Of a DNA stretch of 60,546 bases, positions 34,597 to 44,400 are shown one piece after another. The stretch is from a virus (taxonomy: Duplodnaviria > Caudoviricetes). The DNA lies in the IMG/VR virus record IMGVR_UViG_3300030101_000172, positions 1 through 60,546 of that record. One strand, written 5' to 3'. Position 1 is the stretch's first letter; the number at the start of each line of letters is the position of its first letter. Below the pieces are notes generated by a model. It was given only the letters and a program-made list of their open reading frames with translations. It was not told where the DNA came from and made no database searches. The translations under genes were made by a program, and so were the position numbers.

Positions 34597-35261
34597 GTAT
34601 ATCTCCTTGGTCGTTCAGTAGAATTAAGTCTTTTGAACAATGTCCCAAACAGTTCTATCATTTGAAGATAGCAAAAGATTACGAAGAAGAGCAGACAAGT
34701 GCCATGACCTACGGCACAGAACTCCATGCTGTGGCAGAGAATTACGTGCAACATGGCGAGGACATACCTAGAAGATTTGGATTTATGAAACCAGTGCTTG
34801 ATTCTCTTAAAAACAAAAAAGGTAAGAAGTATTGTGAAGTTCGTATGGGACTCACACAGGATCTCAGTCCGTGTAGCTTTACGTCTAAACAAGTTTGGTG
34901 GAGAGGTATAGCAGACTTAATAATCATAGATGATACAAAAGCATGGGTCATAGATTACAAGAGTAGCAAGTCTGCAAAGTATGCAGACAAAGGTCAGCTA
35001 GAACTTATGGCTCTATCTGTATTTAGTTACATGCCAAAGATAGACACAATAAATGCAGGATTGTTATTTGTTGTGTGTAAACAACTTGTCAAGCAAGTAT
35101 ACACACGTTCTGGAAGCAACGAGCTTTGGGATAAGTGGATTTCTAATTACAAAAAAATGGAAACTGCGTATAATAAAGATGTTTGGAACGCAAGACCAAG
35201 CGGATTGTGTCGTAGGCATTGTCCAGTAATAGAGTGTATACACAACGGGAGTAACAACTGA
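34593..35261 (+). CDS. PD-(D/E)XK exonuclease (RecB/Cas4-like)
   Basis: SFSRIKSFEQCP, RGIADL, VIDYKS, QLELMA and a C-terminal Cys cluster. Confidence 0.85.
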   Translation: MSISPWSFSRIKSFEQCPKQFYHLKIAKDYEEEQTSAMTYGTELHAVAENYVQHGEDIPRRFGFMKPVLDSLKNKKGKKYCEVRMGLTQDLSPCSFTSKQVWWRGIADLIIIDDTKAWVIDYKSSKSAKYADKGQLELMALSVFSYMPKIDTINAGLLFVVCKQLVKQVYTRSGSNELWDKWISNYKKMETAYNKDVWNARPSGLCRRHCPVIECIHNGSNN

Positions 35262-35512
35262 TGGCTTATACAAAAACAAAAAGACCTTACAAAAAAGAAT
35301 ACGAACAACAAAAGAAACGAGGAGAACATCCGAATCGCATGGAGCGTCAGAAAGCTAGACGTGCATTGGATAAAAAAGGTGTTAGCAGAAAAGGAAAAGA
35401 TGTCAGTCACAAGAAAATGTTAAGTAAAGGTGGCAGTAATAAAGATGGTTATTTTTTAGAAAGTCCATCGAAAAACAGAAGTAGAAACGGAAAAAAGAAA
35501 AAAAAGGCTTGA
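35261..35512 (+). CDS. Small HNH-like endonuclease
   Basis: KDVSHKKMLSKGGSN...SPSKNRSRN. Confidence 0.65.
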   Translation: MAYTKTKRPYKKEYEQQKKRGEHPNRMERQKARRALDKKGVSRKGKDVSHKKMLSKGGSNKDGYFLESPSKNRSRNGKKKKKA

Positions 35513-35580
35513 TTTAAAGCCCGTACAGTAGGGGTAACGATACCCCCGTGTGTGATTGTACCTAGAAAAAGGAGTGAAAT

Positions 35581-36981
35581 ATGGGTCTTGCAGTATTAAA
35601 AAACACGTCAACAGGTATGCGTTCATACATATACCCAGGGACTTTCAAACCATTTAAACACCAAGAAGAGACAGCATCTTTCTTGGCTACAAGAAAAAGA
35701 GCGTTTTGTTTCAACGAACAAGGCACTGGCAAAACTGCTAGTTCTATATGGGCATCAGACTTTTTGATGGACATTGGAGCAGTCAATCGTGTGCTTGTCA
35801 TATGCCCTTTATCGATAATGGATTCTGTGTGGAGAGATGATTTGATGACCTTTGCACCACACAGAACTGTTGAAGTAGCACATGGCACACCCGACAAGAG
35901 AAAGAAAATAATAGAAGAAGGTTCAGACTTTGTAGTTATAAACTACGATGGCGTTGAGATTGTATCAGATACAATATTAAAAGGTGGTTTTGATTTGATA
36001 ATAATCGATGAAGCCACACATTATAAAAACCCAAGAACAACAAGATGGAAAGTATTAAATAAGTTGTTAACAGATGATACGTGGTTGTGGATGATGACGG
36101 GAACTCCTGCGGCACAGAGTCCTCTTGATGCTTATGGATTGGCAAAGTTGATGAACCCAACTGTTGTGCCAAAGTTTTTTGGCTCTTTTCGTGACATGGT
36201 GATGACACAAATATCTAGGTTCAAATGGATTCCAAAAGATTCTTCTATAAAAACTGTACATAGAATACTGCAACCTGCCATTAGATTTACAAAGAAGAAC
36301 TGTTTAGATTTGCCACCCATGACATATGTCAAGAGAGAGGTAGAACTTACAAGGCAACAAACTAAATACTACAAAGAACTAAAAACAAAACTAAGAATGA
36401 AAATAACAGGAGAAGAGATAACCGCTAACAATGCCGCAATAGGTATGAACAAGTTACTACAAATAGCATCAGGTGCTGTTTATACAGACAAGGGTGATGT
36501 ATTAGAGTTTGATATAAAGAACAGATACAAAGTATTAAAAGAAGTTATAGATGAGGCAAGTCAGAAGGTTCTTGTGTTTGTTCCTTTCAGACACACAATA
36601 GATTTACTACGAGATAAACTAATAGCAGATAAGATACCCACAGATATTATTCGTGGTGATGTGCCTGCACACAAGAGAACAGAAATATTCAAAGCATTTC
36701 AAGAAACAACAATACCTAAAGTTTTATTAATTCAACCACAATCTGCGGCTCATGGTGTAACACTTACGAAAGCCAATGTGGTTGTGTGGTGGAGTCCCAT
36801 AAGTTCGTTAGAAACTTATGCTCAAGCCAATGCTAGAGTACACAGAGCAGGACAGACACACAAATGCACTGTAGTGCAACTGCAAGGTTCTAACACAGAA
36901 AAACACGTTTACAGGTTATTAGATAACAGAATACACCTACACACAAAAATAATAGAACTTTACAAAGAAATACTTGACTAA
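35581..36981 (+). CDS. SNF2-family helicase
   Basis: EQGTGKT, IIDEATHYKN, MTGTP, AHGVTLT and QANARVHRAGQ. Confidence 0.92.
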   Translation: MGLAVLKNTSTGMRSYIYPGTFKPFKHQEETASFLATRKRAFCFNEQGTGKTASSIWASDFLMDIGAVNRVLVICPLSIMDSVWRDDLMTFAPHRTVEVAHGTPDKRKKIIEEGSDFVVINYDGVEIVSDTILKGGFDLIIIDEATHYKNPRTTRWKVLNKLLTDDTWLWMMTGTPAAQSPLDAYGLAKLMNPTVVPKFFGSFRDMVMTQISRFKWIPKDSSIKTVHRILQPAIRFTKKNCLDLPPMTYVKREVELTRQQTKYYKELKTKLRMKITGEEITANNAAIGMNKLLQIASGAVYTDKGDVLEFDIKNRYKVLKEVIDEASQKVLVFVPFRHTIDLLRDKLIADKIPTDIIRGDVPAHKRTEIFKAFQETTIPKVLLIQPQSAAHGVTLTKANVVVWWSPISSLETYAQANARVHRAGQTHKCTVVQLQGSNTEKHVYRLLDNRIHLHTKIIELYKEILD

Positions 36982-37002
36982 GCTATCTCTAGTAACTATA
37001 TA
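36974..37002 (+). promoter_or_regulatory. Possible sigma70-type promoter
   Basis: TTGACT-17 bp-TATATA. The -10 box is imperfect. Confidence 0.4.
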
Positions 37003-37033
37003 TAAAGTATTAATAGATAAACGGAGAATGTAA

Positions 37034-37432
37034 ATGGAAGAATCTTCCCTATCTGCTGAAAAGTTAACTAAAGCGTATATAAGAATAAGAGAGGAACGAG
37101 CATCGCTCAGTACCTCCTACAAAGAAAAAGATACAGCGTTGGTTAATCAGCTAGACATGGTGCGAAAAGGACTTCTCGATTACTGTGAGAAACACGGTGT
37201 TGAGAGTGTGAAAACTTCCGAAGGTCTCTTTTATAGAACGACAAAGACAAAATATTGGACTAGCGACTGGGAATCCATGCACAAGTTTATACTACAGCAT
37301 GAAGTGCCTGAGTTGTTTGATAAGCGTCTTAACCAGTCAAACTTAAAAGAGTTTTTGGAAGATAACCCCGATGTATATCCCGAAGGTCTTAACAAAGACA
37401 CGGAGTACGTCATAACTGTGAGGAAAAAATAA
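37034..37432 (+). CDS. Conserved hypothetical replication-region protein
   Basis: GGAGA RBS, coiled-coil N-terminus, VKTSEGLFYR...SDWE. Confidence 0.75.
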   Translation: MEESSLSAEKLTKAYIRIREERASLSTSYKEKDTALVNQLDMVRKGLLDYCEKHGVESVKTSEGLFYRTTKTKYWTSDWESMHKFILQHEVPELFDKRLNQSNLKEFLEDNPDVYPEGLNKDTEYVITVRKK

Positions 37433-37713
37433 TGGTAGGAAAATATGTACCAATAGAGGATGTGGCTAAACACTTTTCAGTTTCCATATCCACAATCCGA
37501 GCATGGGTGCGTCAAAAAGAAATACCCGATGATACTTACATAAAAGTGGGTAATACTTATCGGTTTAATATTGAGGACGTATCCGATGCTTTAACAAACA
37601 AGTCTAAACCATTGAAAGACAACGACAATATTGTCAGGGAAACTTGGCATCACGAAGATGACGTTGATAAAGAACATGGTATAGAAAAAGTAAACCTCGA
37701 CCAAGATTATTAG
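37432..37713 (+). CDS. Helix-turn-helix DNA-binding protein (excisionase/MerR-like)
   Basis: IEDVAKHFSVSISTIRAWVRQKEIP...IKVGNTYRF. Confidence 0.85.
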   Translation: MVGKYVPIEDVAKHFSVSISTIRAWVRQKEIPDDTYIKVGNTYRFNIEDVSDALTNKSKPLKDNDNIVRETWHHEDDVDKEHGIEKVNLDQDY

Positions 37714-37723
37714 GAGAGTGCAA

Positions 37724-38389
37724 ATGAACGAGTCGATTATGAACTACAATATTAATGATGTAGAGGCTTTATGGCCAAAAATAAATAGAACCTATAAGTT
37801 TGATAGTGCAGAGCAGAGGTCTATACCTTGCAACGCTACAGATGCAGGGGCAGAATATAATATGCAGTTTCGCATGAGTAAAGATCAAGCCAAGGCATTG
37901 TACGAGGCGATGGGTAGAGCCTATGCAGAGAAGAAAGAAGGCAGTTGGCCTGCTAAACTACCATTCCCATTTAAGAAAGATGAGGATGGAACTTACACTC
38001 ATAAGACTAAATTAAAAGGTGCTTATGGTACAGACCCTACAAGAAAGCCAATGCAGGTGGACTCCAAGGGTGTAAAGTTAGCTGATGATTTTCTATTAAC
38101 TACTGGTAGCACCGTGAATATAGCTGTGACTTTTACTCCGTACATGTTGGGTAAAGATGCAGGTGTGTCTTTGAGATTAAGAGCAGTACAAGTTACTAAC
38201 TACAAACCTATGGAAGAAGTATCACCATTTGGTGTTGTGGAAGGTGGTTACACTGCAAACGAAGATAACCCTTTTAATTCCGTTGAAGAACCGATAGCAG
38301 AACCTAAGAAAGTAGAAAGTAAAAAATCTACAAAAGAAAAGGTAGAAGATAACGATCTCTCTGCTATAGTTGATAACTGGGACGACTAG
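37724..38389 (+). CDS. Putative single-stranded DNA-binding protein (T7 gp2.5-like)
   Basis: GSTVNI...GVSLRLRAVQV and an acidic tail ending in WDD. Lies next to the primase. Confidence 0.65.
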   Translation: MNESIMNYNINDVEALWPKINRTYKFDSAEQRSIPCNATDAGAEYNMQFRMSKDQAKALYEAMGRAYAEKKEGSWPAKLPFPFKKDEDGTYTHKTKLKGAYGTDPTRKPMQVDSKGVKLADDFLLTTGSTVNIAVTFTPYMLGKDAGVSLRLRAVQVTNYKPMEEVSPFGVVEGGYTANEDNPFNSVEEPIAEPKKVESKKSTKEKVEDNDLSAIVDNWDD

Positions 38390-38400
38390 TCCCTCAATAA

Positions 38401-38458
38401 TACCACTACTCCTTTTTTAAACCTTTCTCCATGGGTAGTTGTTGGAGGGGTAGTGGTA
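38401..38458 (+). other. Long intergenic stem-loop upstream of the primase gene
   Basis: TACCACTACTCCT pairs with AGGGGTAGTGGTA around a pyrimidine-rich loop. Confidence 0.6.
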
Positions 38459-38478
38459 GCTTAACTTTATGGTTTGTC

Positions 38479-41280
38479 ATGGAAAAAATATTATTTTTAA
38501 GGAGCGTACTAGCCAAGGAGGGATTCTACTGCGTATTTGCAAGTCGTATAAGAGACGACAAGAGAGTACAGAAATTTTACAAAGATATAGGTCAAGTTGC
38601 CGATGTGGCAAATAATTTAGATGAAGAAGGATATGACGTATATTTTGCATTATCAACGTTTGTTGATCCAAGCTCTAGGAAAGTACCTAACGTAAAACAC
38701 GTTAACACATTGTTCCTTGACCTCGATTGTGGGGTTGGGAAAGATTATGAAACACAACAGAAAGCTATATCAGCTTTAAAAGAATTTTGTAAGAAACTAT
38801 CTCTACCTAAGCCGTTGTTGATAAATTCAGGTAGAGGTGTGCATGTATATTGGATTTTGTCAGAACCTGTCGGTGTGGATGATTGGTTACGTACCGCATC
38901 AAAACTAAAGCATCAATGCACACAGCATAACTTGTTAGCAGATCCTGCTGTAACGGCAGATGCCGCAAGAGTGCTACGAATACCAAGCACACATAACAAT
39001 AAGGTAGACCCACCATTAGAAGTTACATTTATAAGTAACTCTATGCCTGATACTGTAGACTTTGACGAGTTCTCTGAATTATTAGGTGGTGACCCTATAC
39101 CCGTACCAAATAGATATGTGCCTACACAAAACAATGCTACATCAGAGGCGTTGATAAGTAATGTAGAAAACGTATTCAAAGATATACTTGTAAAAACTGC
39201 AAGTGGTAATGGTTGTCAACAGATAGGTATCATAGCTAGAGATCAAGAAACAGTCAGCGAACCTTTGTGGAGAGCAGGATTATCTATAGCTAAGTTCTGT
39301 GTAGATGCAGAAAAAGCCGCACATTACATATCAAAGGGTCACGAAGATTACACCAAAACAAGTACAGACAAGAAGATGGACAACATAAAAGGGCCTTACC
39401 TCTGTAATACATTTGATGAATACAACCCCGAAATATGCACGAAATGTAAGTTTTGGGGTAAGATAAAATCTCCTATATCTCTTGGTAAACGTATAAAGGA
39501 GGCTACCGAAGAAGATAATGTAGTAGAAGCTCCTGCTATAAATTTAGTAAATAGCCCTACTAATAAATACACCATACCTGCGTATCCACGACCTTATTTC
39601 AGAGGTGCTAATGGTGGTGTGTATGTCAGAACTATAAAGTCTAGTGGTGATGTAGATGAGAAACTTATATATCACAATGACTTGTATGTAGTAAAAAGAT
39701 TGAGAGATGTAGAGGTTGGTGAGGCAGTCGTGATGCGATTGCATTTGCCAAAAGACGGAGTTAGAGAGTTTACGTTACCCCTCACAGCCGTGACTTCTAG
39801 GGAGGAGTTTCGTAAAGTAATATCAATGCAAGGTGTAGCTATTACAAGGATGGATGAACTTATGCAATATACAACTACATGGGTAAACGAGTTACAAGAA
39901 AAGGGTACAGCCGATGAAGCGTACAGGCAGTTTGGTTGGACTGGTGATGACTGTGAGTCTTTTATATTAGGCAATGAGAAGATATACAAAGATAGGAAAG
40001 AATTTAATCCACCATCTTCACAGACAGCTTCATTGTTTCCTGCCTTTGAACCAAGAGGCACTCTGCAAGAATGGAAGAAAGCTATAAACTTCTACAACAG
40101 AGATGGGTTTGAACTACATCAGTTTGTTGTAGGCACGTCATTTGGTTCACCCTTGATGCAGTTCTCACCTATAAACTGTGCGGCTTTGCACATATACAGT
40201 AAGGACTCAGGTGTGGGTAAAACTACAGCCATGATGGCAGGTGCATCAGTATGGGGTAGACCCGAAGATTTGATAATACACGAGAGAGATACGTACAACA
40301 CAAAGATGAATAGAGGTGAGTTGTACCACAATCTACCTTTGTATATGGATGAGTTGACTAATACACAAGGCAGAGATTTAAGTAACATAGCCTATCAACT
40401 GACTGGTGGTAGACAAAGAGGTCGAATGACTAGTGGCAGTAATATAGAAAGGCATCGTGGCGAATCGTGGAGTTTGTTATCTGTAACCACGGGTAACACT
40501 AGTATTATAGAAAGAATAAGTATAGTCAAAGCTATGCCAAAGGCAGAGGCACAAAGAATATTAGAATGCCACGTCAAACGTATACACTTTGAAACAAAAG
40601 AAGAAACAGATACTTTTAGTAGTGCAATACAAGATAACTACGGGCATGCTGGGAGAGAGTATGTTGGCCAGGTAATGGGTAACATATCAGGTGTAAAGAA
40701 GTTACTAGGTGAGGTACAAGCAAAGGTGGACGAAAAAGCAGGTCTTACAGCAGAGAATAGGTTTTGGTCTGTATTGGTATCTTGTAGCCTGACTGGAATA
40801 ATACTAGCAAAGAGAATGGGTCTAGTAGACTATGACACTAAAAATTTATTTAACTGGACTATAGAACAATTAAATCAAAACAAGCATCACTCGGAGGACA
40901 TGTCTGCGTCTGTAGAAGAAGTGCTTAACGATTACATACACGAGCATTGGAGTAACGTGCTTTGGATAAAAAGCACAGATGACCTACGTAAGCAGGCAGA
41001 GATAGAGCAGGTTGTTGTACCCGAACATTTACCTAGAGGTAAGTTAGTAGCGAGATACGAGACAGATTTAAAGAGAGCTTATCTAATACCAAAGCCACTC
41101 AAGGCGTGGTGTGGCGATCAGCAAATAAACTATAACTCGTTTGTACATGATCTCATAAAGAAGTTAGGGGCACGTAGGAGTAAGATGAGGCTGAGTAAAG
41201 GCACTCACATGAATCTGCCTCCAACTGATGTAATAATAGTAGATTGTGCAGTAGAAGATGTCGGTATTAAAGACTTATGA
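38479..41280 (+). CDS. Primase-helicase (AEP/RepB-like primase, DUF927-like region, ATPase)
   Basis: FLDLD, SGRGVHVYW, DAARVLRIP, a Cys cluster and Walker A SGVGKT. Start placed at ATG 38479. Confidence 0.85.
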   Translation: MEKILFLRSVLAKEGFYCVFASRIRDDKRVQKFYKDIGQVADVANNLDEEGYDVYFALSTFVDPSSRKVPNVKHVNTLFLDLDCGVGKDYETQQKAISALKEFCKKLSLPKPLLINSGRGVHVYWILSEPVGVDDWLRTASKLKHQCTQHNLLADPAVTADAARVLRIPSTHNNKVDPPLEVTFISNSMPDTVDFDEFSELLGGDPIPVPNRYVPTQNNATSEALISNVENVFKDILVKTASGNGCQQIGIIARDQETVSEPLWRAGLSIAKFCVDAEKAAHYISKGHEDYTKTSTDKKMDNIKGPYLCNTFDEYNPEICTKCKFWGKIKSPISLGKRIKEATEEDNVVEAPAINLVNSPTNKYTIPAYPRPYFRGANGGVYVRTIKSSGDVDEKLIYHNDLYVVKRLRDVEVGEAVVMRLHLPKDGVREFTLPLTAVTSREEFRKVISMQGVAITRMDELMQYTTTWVNELQEKGTADEAYRQFGWTGDDCESFILGNEKIYKDRKEFNPPSSQTASLFPAFEPRGTLQEWKKAINFYNRDGFELHQFVVGTSFGSPLMQFSPINCAALHIYSKDSGVGKTTAMMAGASVWGRPEDLIIHERDTYNTKMNRGELYHNLPLYMDELTNTQGRDLSNIAYQLTGGRQRGRMTSGSNIERHRGESWSLLSVTTGNTSIIERISIVKAMPKAEAQRILECHVKRIHFETKEETDTFSSAIQDNYGHAGREYVGQVMGNISGVKKLLGEVQAKVDEKAGLTAENRFWSVLVSCSLTGIILAKRMGLVDYDTKNLFNWTIEQLNQNKHHSEDMSASVEEVLNDYIHEHWSNVLWIKSTDDLRKQAEIEQVVVPEHLPRGKLVARYETDLKRAYLIPKPLKAWCGDQQINYNSFVHDLIKKLGARRSKMRLSKGTHMNLPPTDVIIVDCAVEDVGIKDL

Positions 41281-41479
41281 TTTAAACCCTGATGGGGTTC
41301 ACATAGTTGTAAACTGGGATAGCATGGGAATCAATGCCTCTGTGTTTATATTATGTATAAATACTGTGGAGGCTACCAAGCAAATAAAAAGAATATTTAT
41401 ATCTAAAGGTTGGGAAAGCGAGATACGCACAGTCGTTGAAGATGGCAAATTAGGTGTGCGTGTATGGCGTATGTCTTAG
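41258..41479 (+). CDS. Hypothetical protein
   Basis: Last plus-strand gene, ending GKLGVRVWR. Its stop overlaps the stop of the converging late gene. Confidence 0.65.
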   Translation: MSVLKTYDLNPDGVHIVVNWDSMGINASVFILCINTVEATKQIKRIFISKGWESEIRTVVEDGKLGVRVWRMS

Positions 41480-44400
41480 TCAAAATCATACATATCTTCT
41501 TCATCTCTCATGTATGCCCGCATTTTTGGACTCAGAGATACACCGTTGTGCATTGTTGCTGATTGCCTAACGTGTTGTTTTATTGATCTTCTCATTGCAT
41601 CTGCACTTATGGCAAATCTAGGATGTCTTTTATTAAATTTATTTATGGCATTTAACGCATCTTCTGTATCCATACCATGTCTTATTTCTAAATATAACTG
41701 TCTTAGTAGCTTTGAGCGTCTTACATTAACAGCTTTATCTATACCTTTAGCTACTTGGTTTTGTTCTTGTGCCCTCGTGTATTCTGATGGCGGAAAACCT
41801 AGGAATTGAAAGAACAGTCCATGTCCTGATATGTCATCTACTATTAAATCACCACGTCTAGTATATATACCATCATCAGCTATATATCTACCAGTTTTAA
41901 AAATGTTACGAATAGCCGCAGGCATCATACGTTCTATGCCTCTTTGAGTATCACCAAACTCATCTGTTACCTCTGATATACCAGCTCCAAATTGGCCTAT
42001 AACACTACCTGCGGGGCCTAACAAAGTCTTTCCAACAGTTTCTAGTACACTATCATCCTTGTTATAGGGATTATTTCTAAATATTAAATTAGATAAACCT
42101 ACACGACCTGATATATCTGTAAATTCAGCACTTATTGGCCCTTTGTATAAATGATCCCCTAAAAATCTATTTGTTAAAAACTCTGCTGATTCTTCTTCAT
42201 CATCGAGAAACATATTTGCAATAAACATTACTAAACCTACAAACGGCATACCTTGAATACCTGCAAGTAAAGCAGATGATGCACATATACCTAAAAATTG
42301 TTTTTGTGCTATTTTCTTTTCTTGTGGTGATAAACTTTTATCTGCACCTACAGCTTTTAGACCTGTTTTTATTAAAGTATAATACATTTGTATGCCGTAA
42401 GATTTATACATCATGGCTACACGACCAATAGGTATTTGAGCTATTCTAGGTGCGTTGGCAAGAGATGCCCCACCGTTCATTTCTTGTGATCTGTATAACG
42501 CTTCGTTTGCGGCTAACTCTTGTTTTTCTGCCGTAGATAAATTTCTTTCACTTGCCTTTGTGCTATTCTCTAACCTATTTAATTCTAAGTTATAGGTAGA
42601 AATGAGTGCTACCTGTCTGTTAAATTTTTCTTGTTGATGGAAAAAGAAAGCAGAAAAAGCATTTATTTTATCCCAAAGGTTTCTTGCTCTACCACCTTCT
42701 TCTAGTGTTAATGTATCATAAAATAAGGAACGGTTTAACTGACCTCTATCAGATGCCGATTGAACAAGTGGTAATAATCTGTTTAATTGTCTTAATTTGT
42801 TAGCATCAACATTTAAATCATCTCGCAATTTAAATTTACCATCTTTGTCTGCAACATAATAATTATCTATAGACCAAGCCGCTCCTACGTCTACAACCTC
42901 TCCATTTGGAGTTGTTATTTTTCTTGCTTTTTTTCCTACTCCACTACTGCCTATAAATACCCCTGCTTCTTTAATGGCTTTAAAAGATTCTCTATGTCCA
43001 TACTTACCACCAAGTATGGGTTGAAACATAAGAGGCACTTGTGTCATGTTAACTATAGCAGAGGATATGTTAAGACCTATTGTACCTAAAAATGCTATTC
43101 TGTTAGCTTGTGCAGAAGCTCTCATCAATATATCTCTAGGAGGATTTCTTGCGAATCTAGCTCTTTTTTGTAATTCAAGTACATATTCTTTTGCTTTAGG
43201 GTTTCCTAGTTTTTTATAGTCTTCTGCCAAACCGTCATCTATTTCTTGTAATTTTTTCCCATACTTCATTCTAACGACTTGACGGCCTATATCATAACCT
43301 TTTTCTTTAAATGCACCCAAGGCATCTTCTTTATACCCAGGGCTGTTTTTTCTTTTTACAAAAGATTTAGCAAAAGAGGTTGCAGGTAAAGTCTCTATAA
43401 ACATACGTAGCACTTGTTCTTGAGTTACATCATCTACTTTATTAACTTTCATAACTTGTAATACATCTTTTACAAAAGAGCCTGACGGTGCGGTTTGAAA
43501 ATTCACTTTATCTAAAGTAGAGTAAGTTTCTACGTTAGAAACATCAGGGTCGTTTGCTAATTCTGCCATTGCCCTTTCTCTACCTCTGTTAGACTCGAAT
43601 GCTTCATACGCCATTTCTGTAGAATCACCCTTTTTAATTTGGTATGAAACCCAATAATCACCTTCACGAGTTAACGGGAAGTATGGTTCTATTTTATTTT
43701 TATCAAATAATTTAGCTAATACTTCTTTTTTTAAACTTTGTTTAACTTCTGTGCTTGCATCTGAATTGTCTATTTCACCAAGTATAACATTTTTTAATTT
43801 TTCGTATTGTTTGGCATAAGTTCTTCTCATGTCATTGTAGATAGCTTGACCTTCTTGACCTAGCTTGTTCCACTCTTTTTGTATCTCGTCATACTTTTTT
43901 AATAGATCATTACCACTTTCATCTGTTCTAGCAGTGCCATCTTTGTTTTTATATTCGTCTCTTTTTTTAGTAGGATCTACTCTAAATACTGTGCTTTGAT
44001 ACACAACAAAATCAAATGATTCTTTTCTACCATCGTTTATGGCTTTTTCAAAAAACGGCTCATATTTTCTCATGGCAGCGTCTATAGCCACGTCAACTTG
44101 TCCCGTTTCACCATTCATTAAATCTATTGTTTTTTGTAACTCCCTTACTCTAGGTGATTTAAAATTATATCTTGTAGCTAAATCTCCCAAAGCCTGTATA
44201 GGTAAACTTATAAATACACCTGATTTTAATAGTTTTGGTGCTTTAGACGATAAGAAATCATATACAACACTTGTATACTTGTTTTTATCCATAACATCTG
44301 CTGTGCTGGATACTATTCTTTTTACAGTTTTTAATAGTTCTGGTCTTTGTGCTACTAATGCTAACTGCCCTGCTGATCTAAATTCTGGTGCAGGAGTTAT

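Noticed and set aside
35531-35546. GGGGTA-acga-TACCCC hairpin upstream of the helicase as a terminator
   Set aside because: The stem is short and has no U-tract, which is insufficient support.
37432-37713. Excisionase as evidence of an integrated prophage
   Set aside because: No integrase, att site or host genes are in the window. This HTH family also occurs in replication modules.
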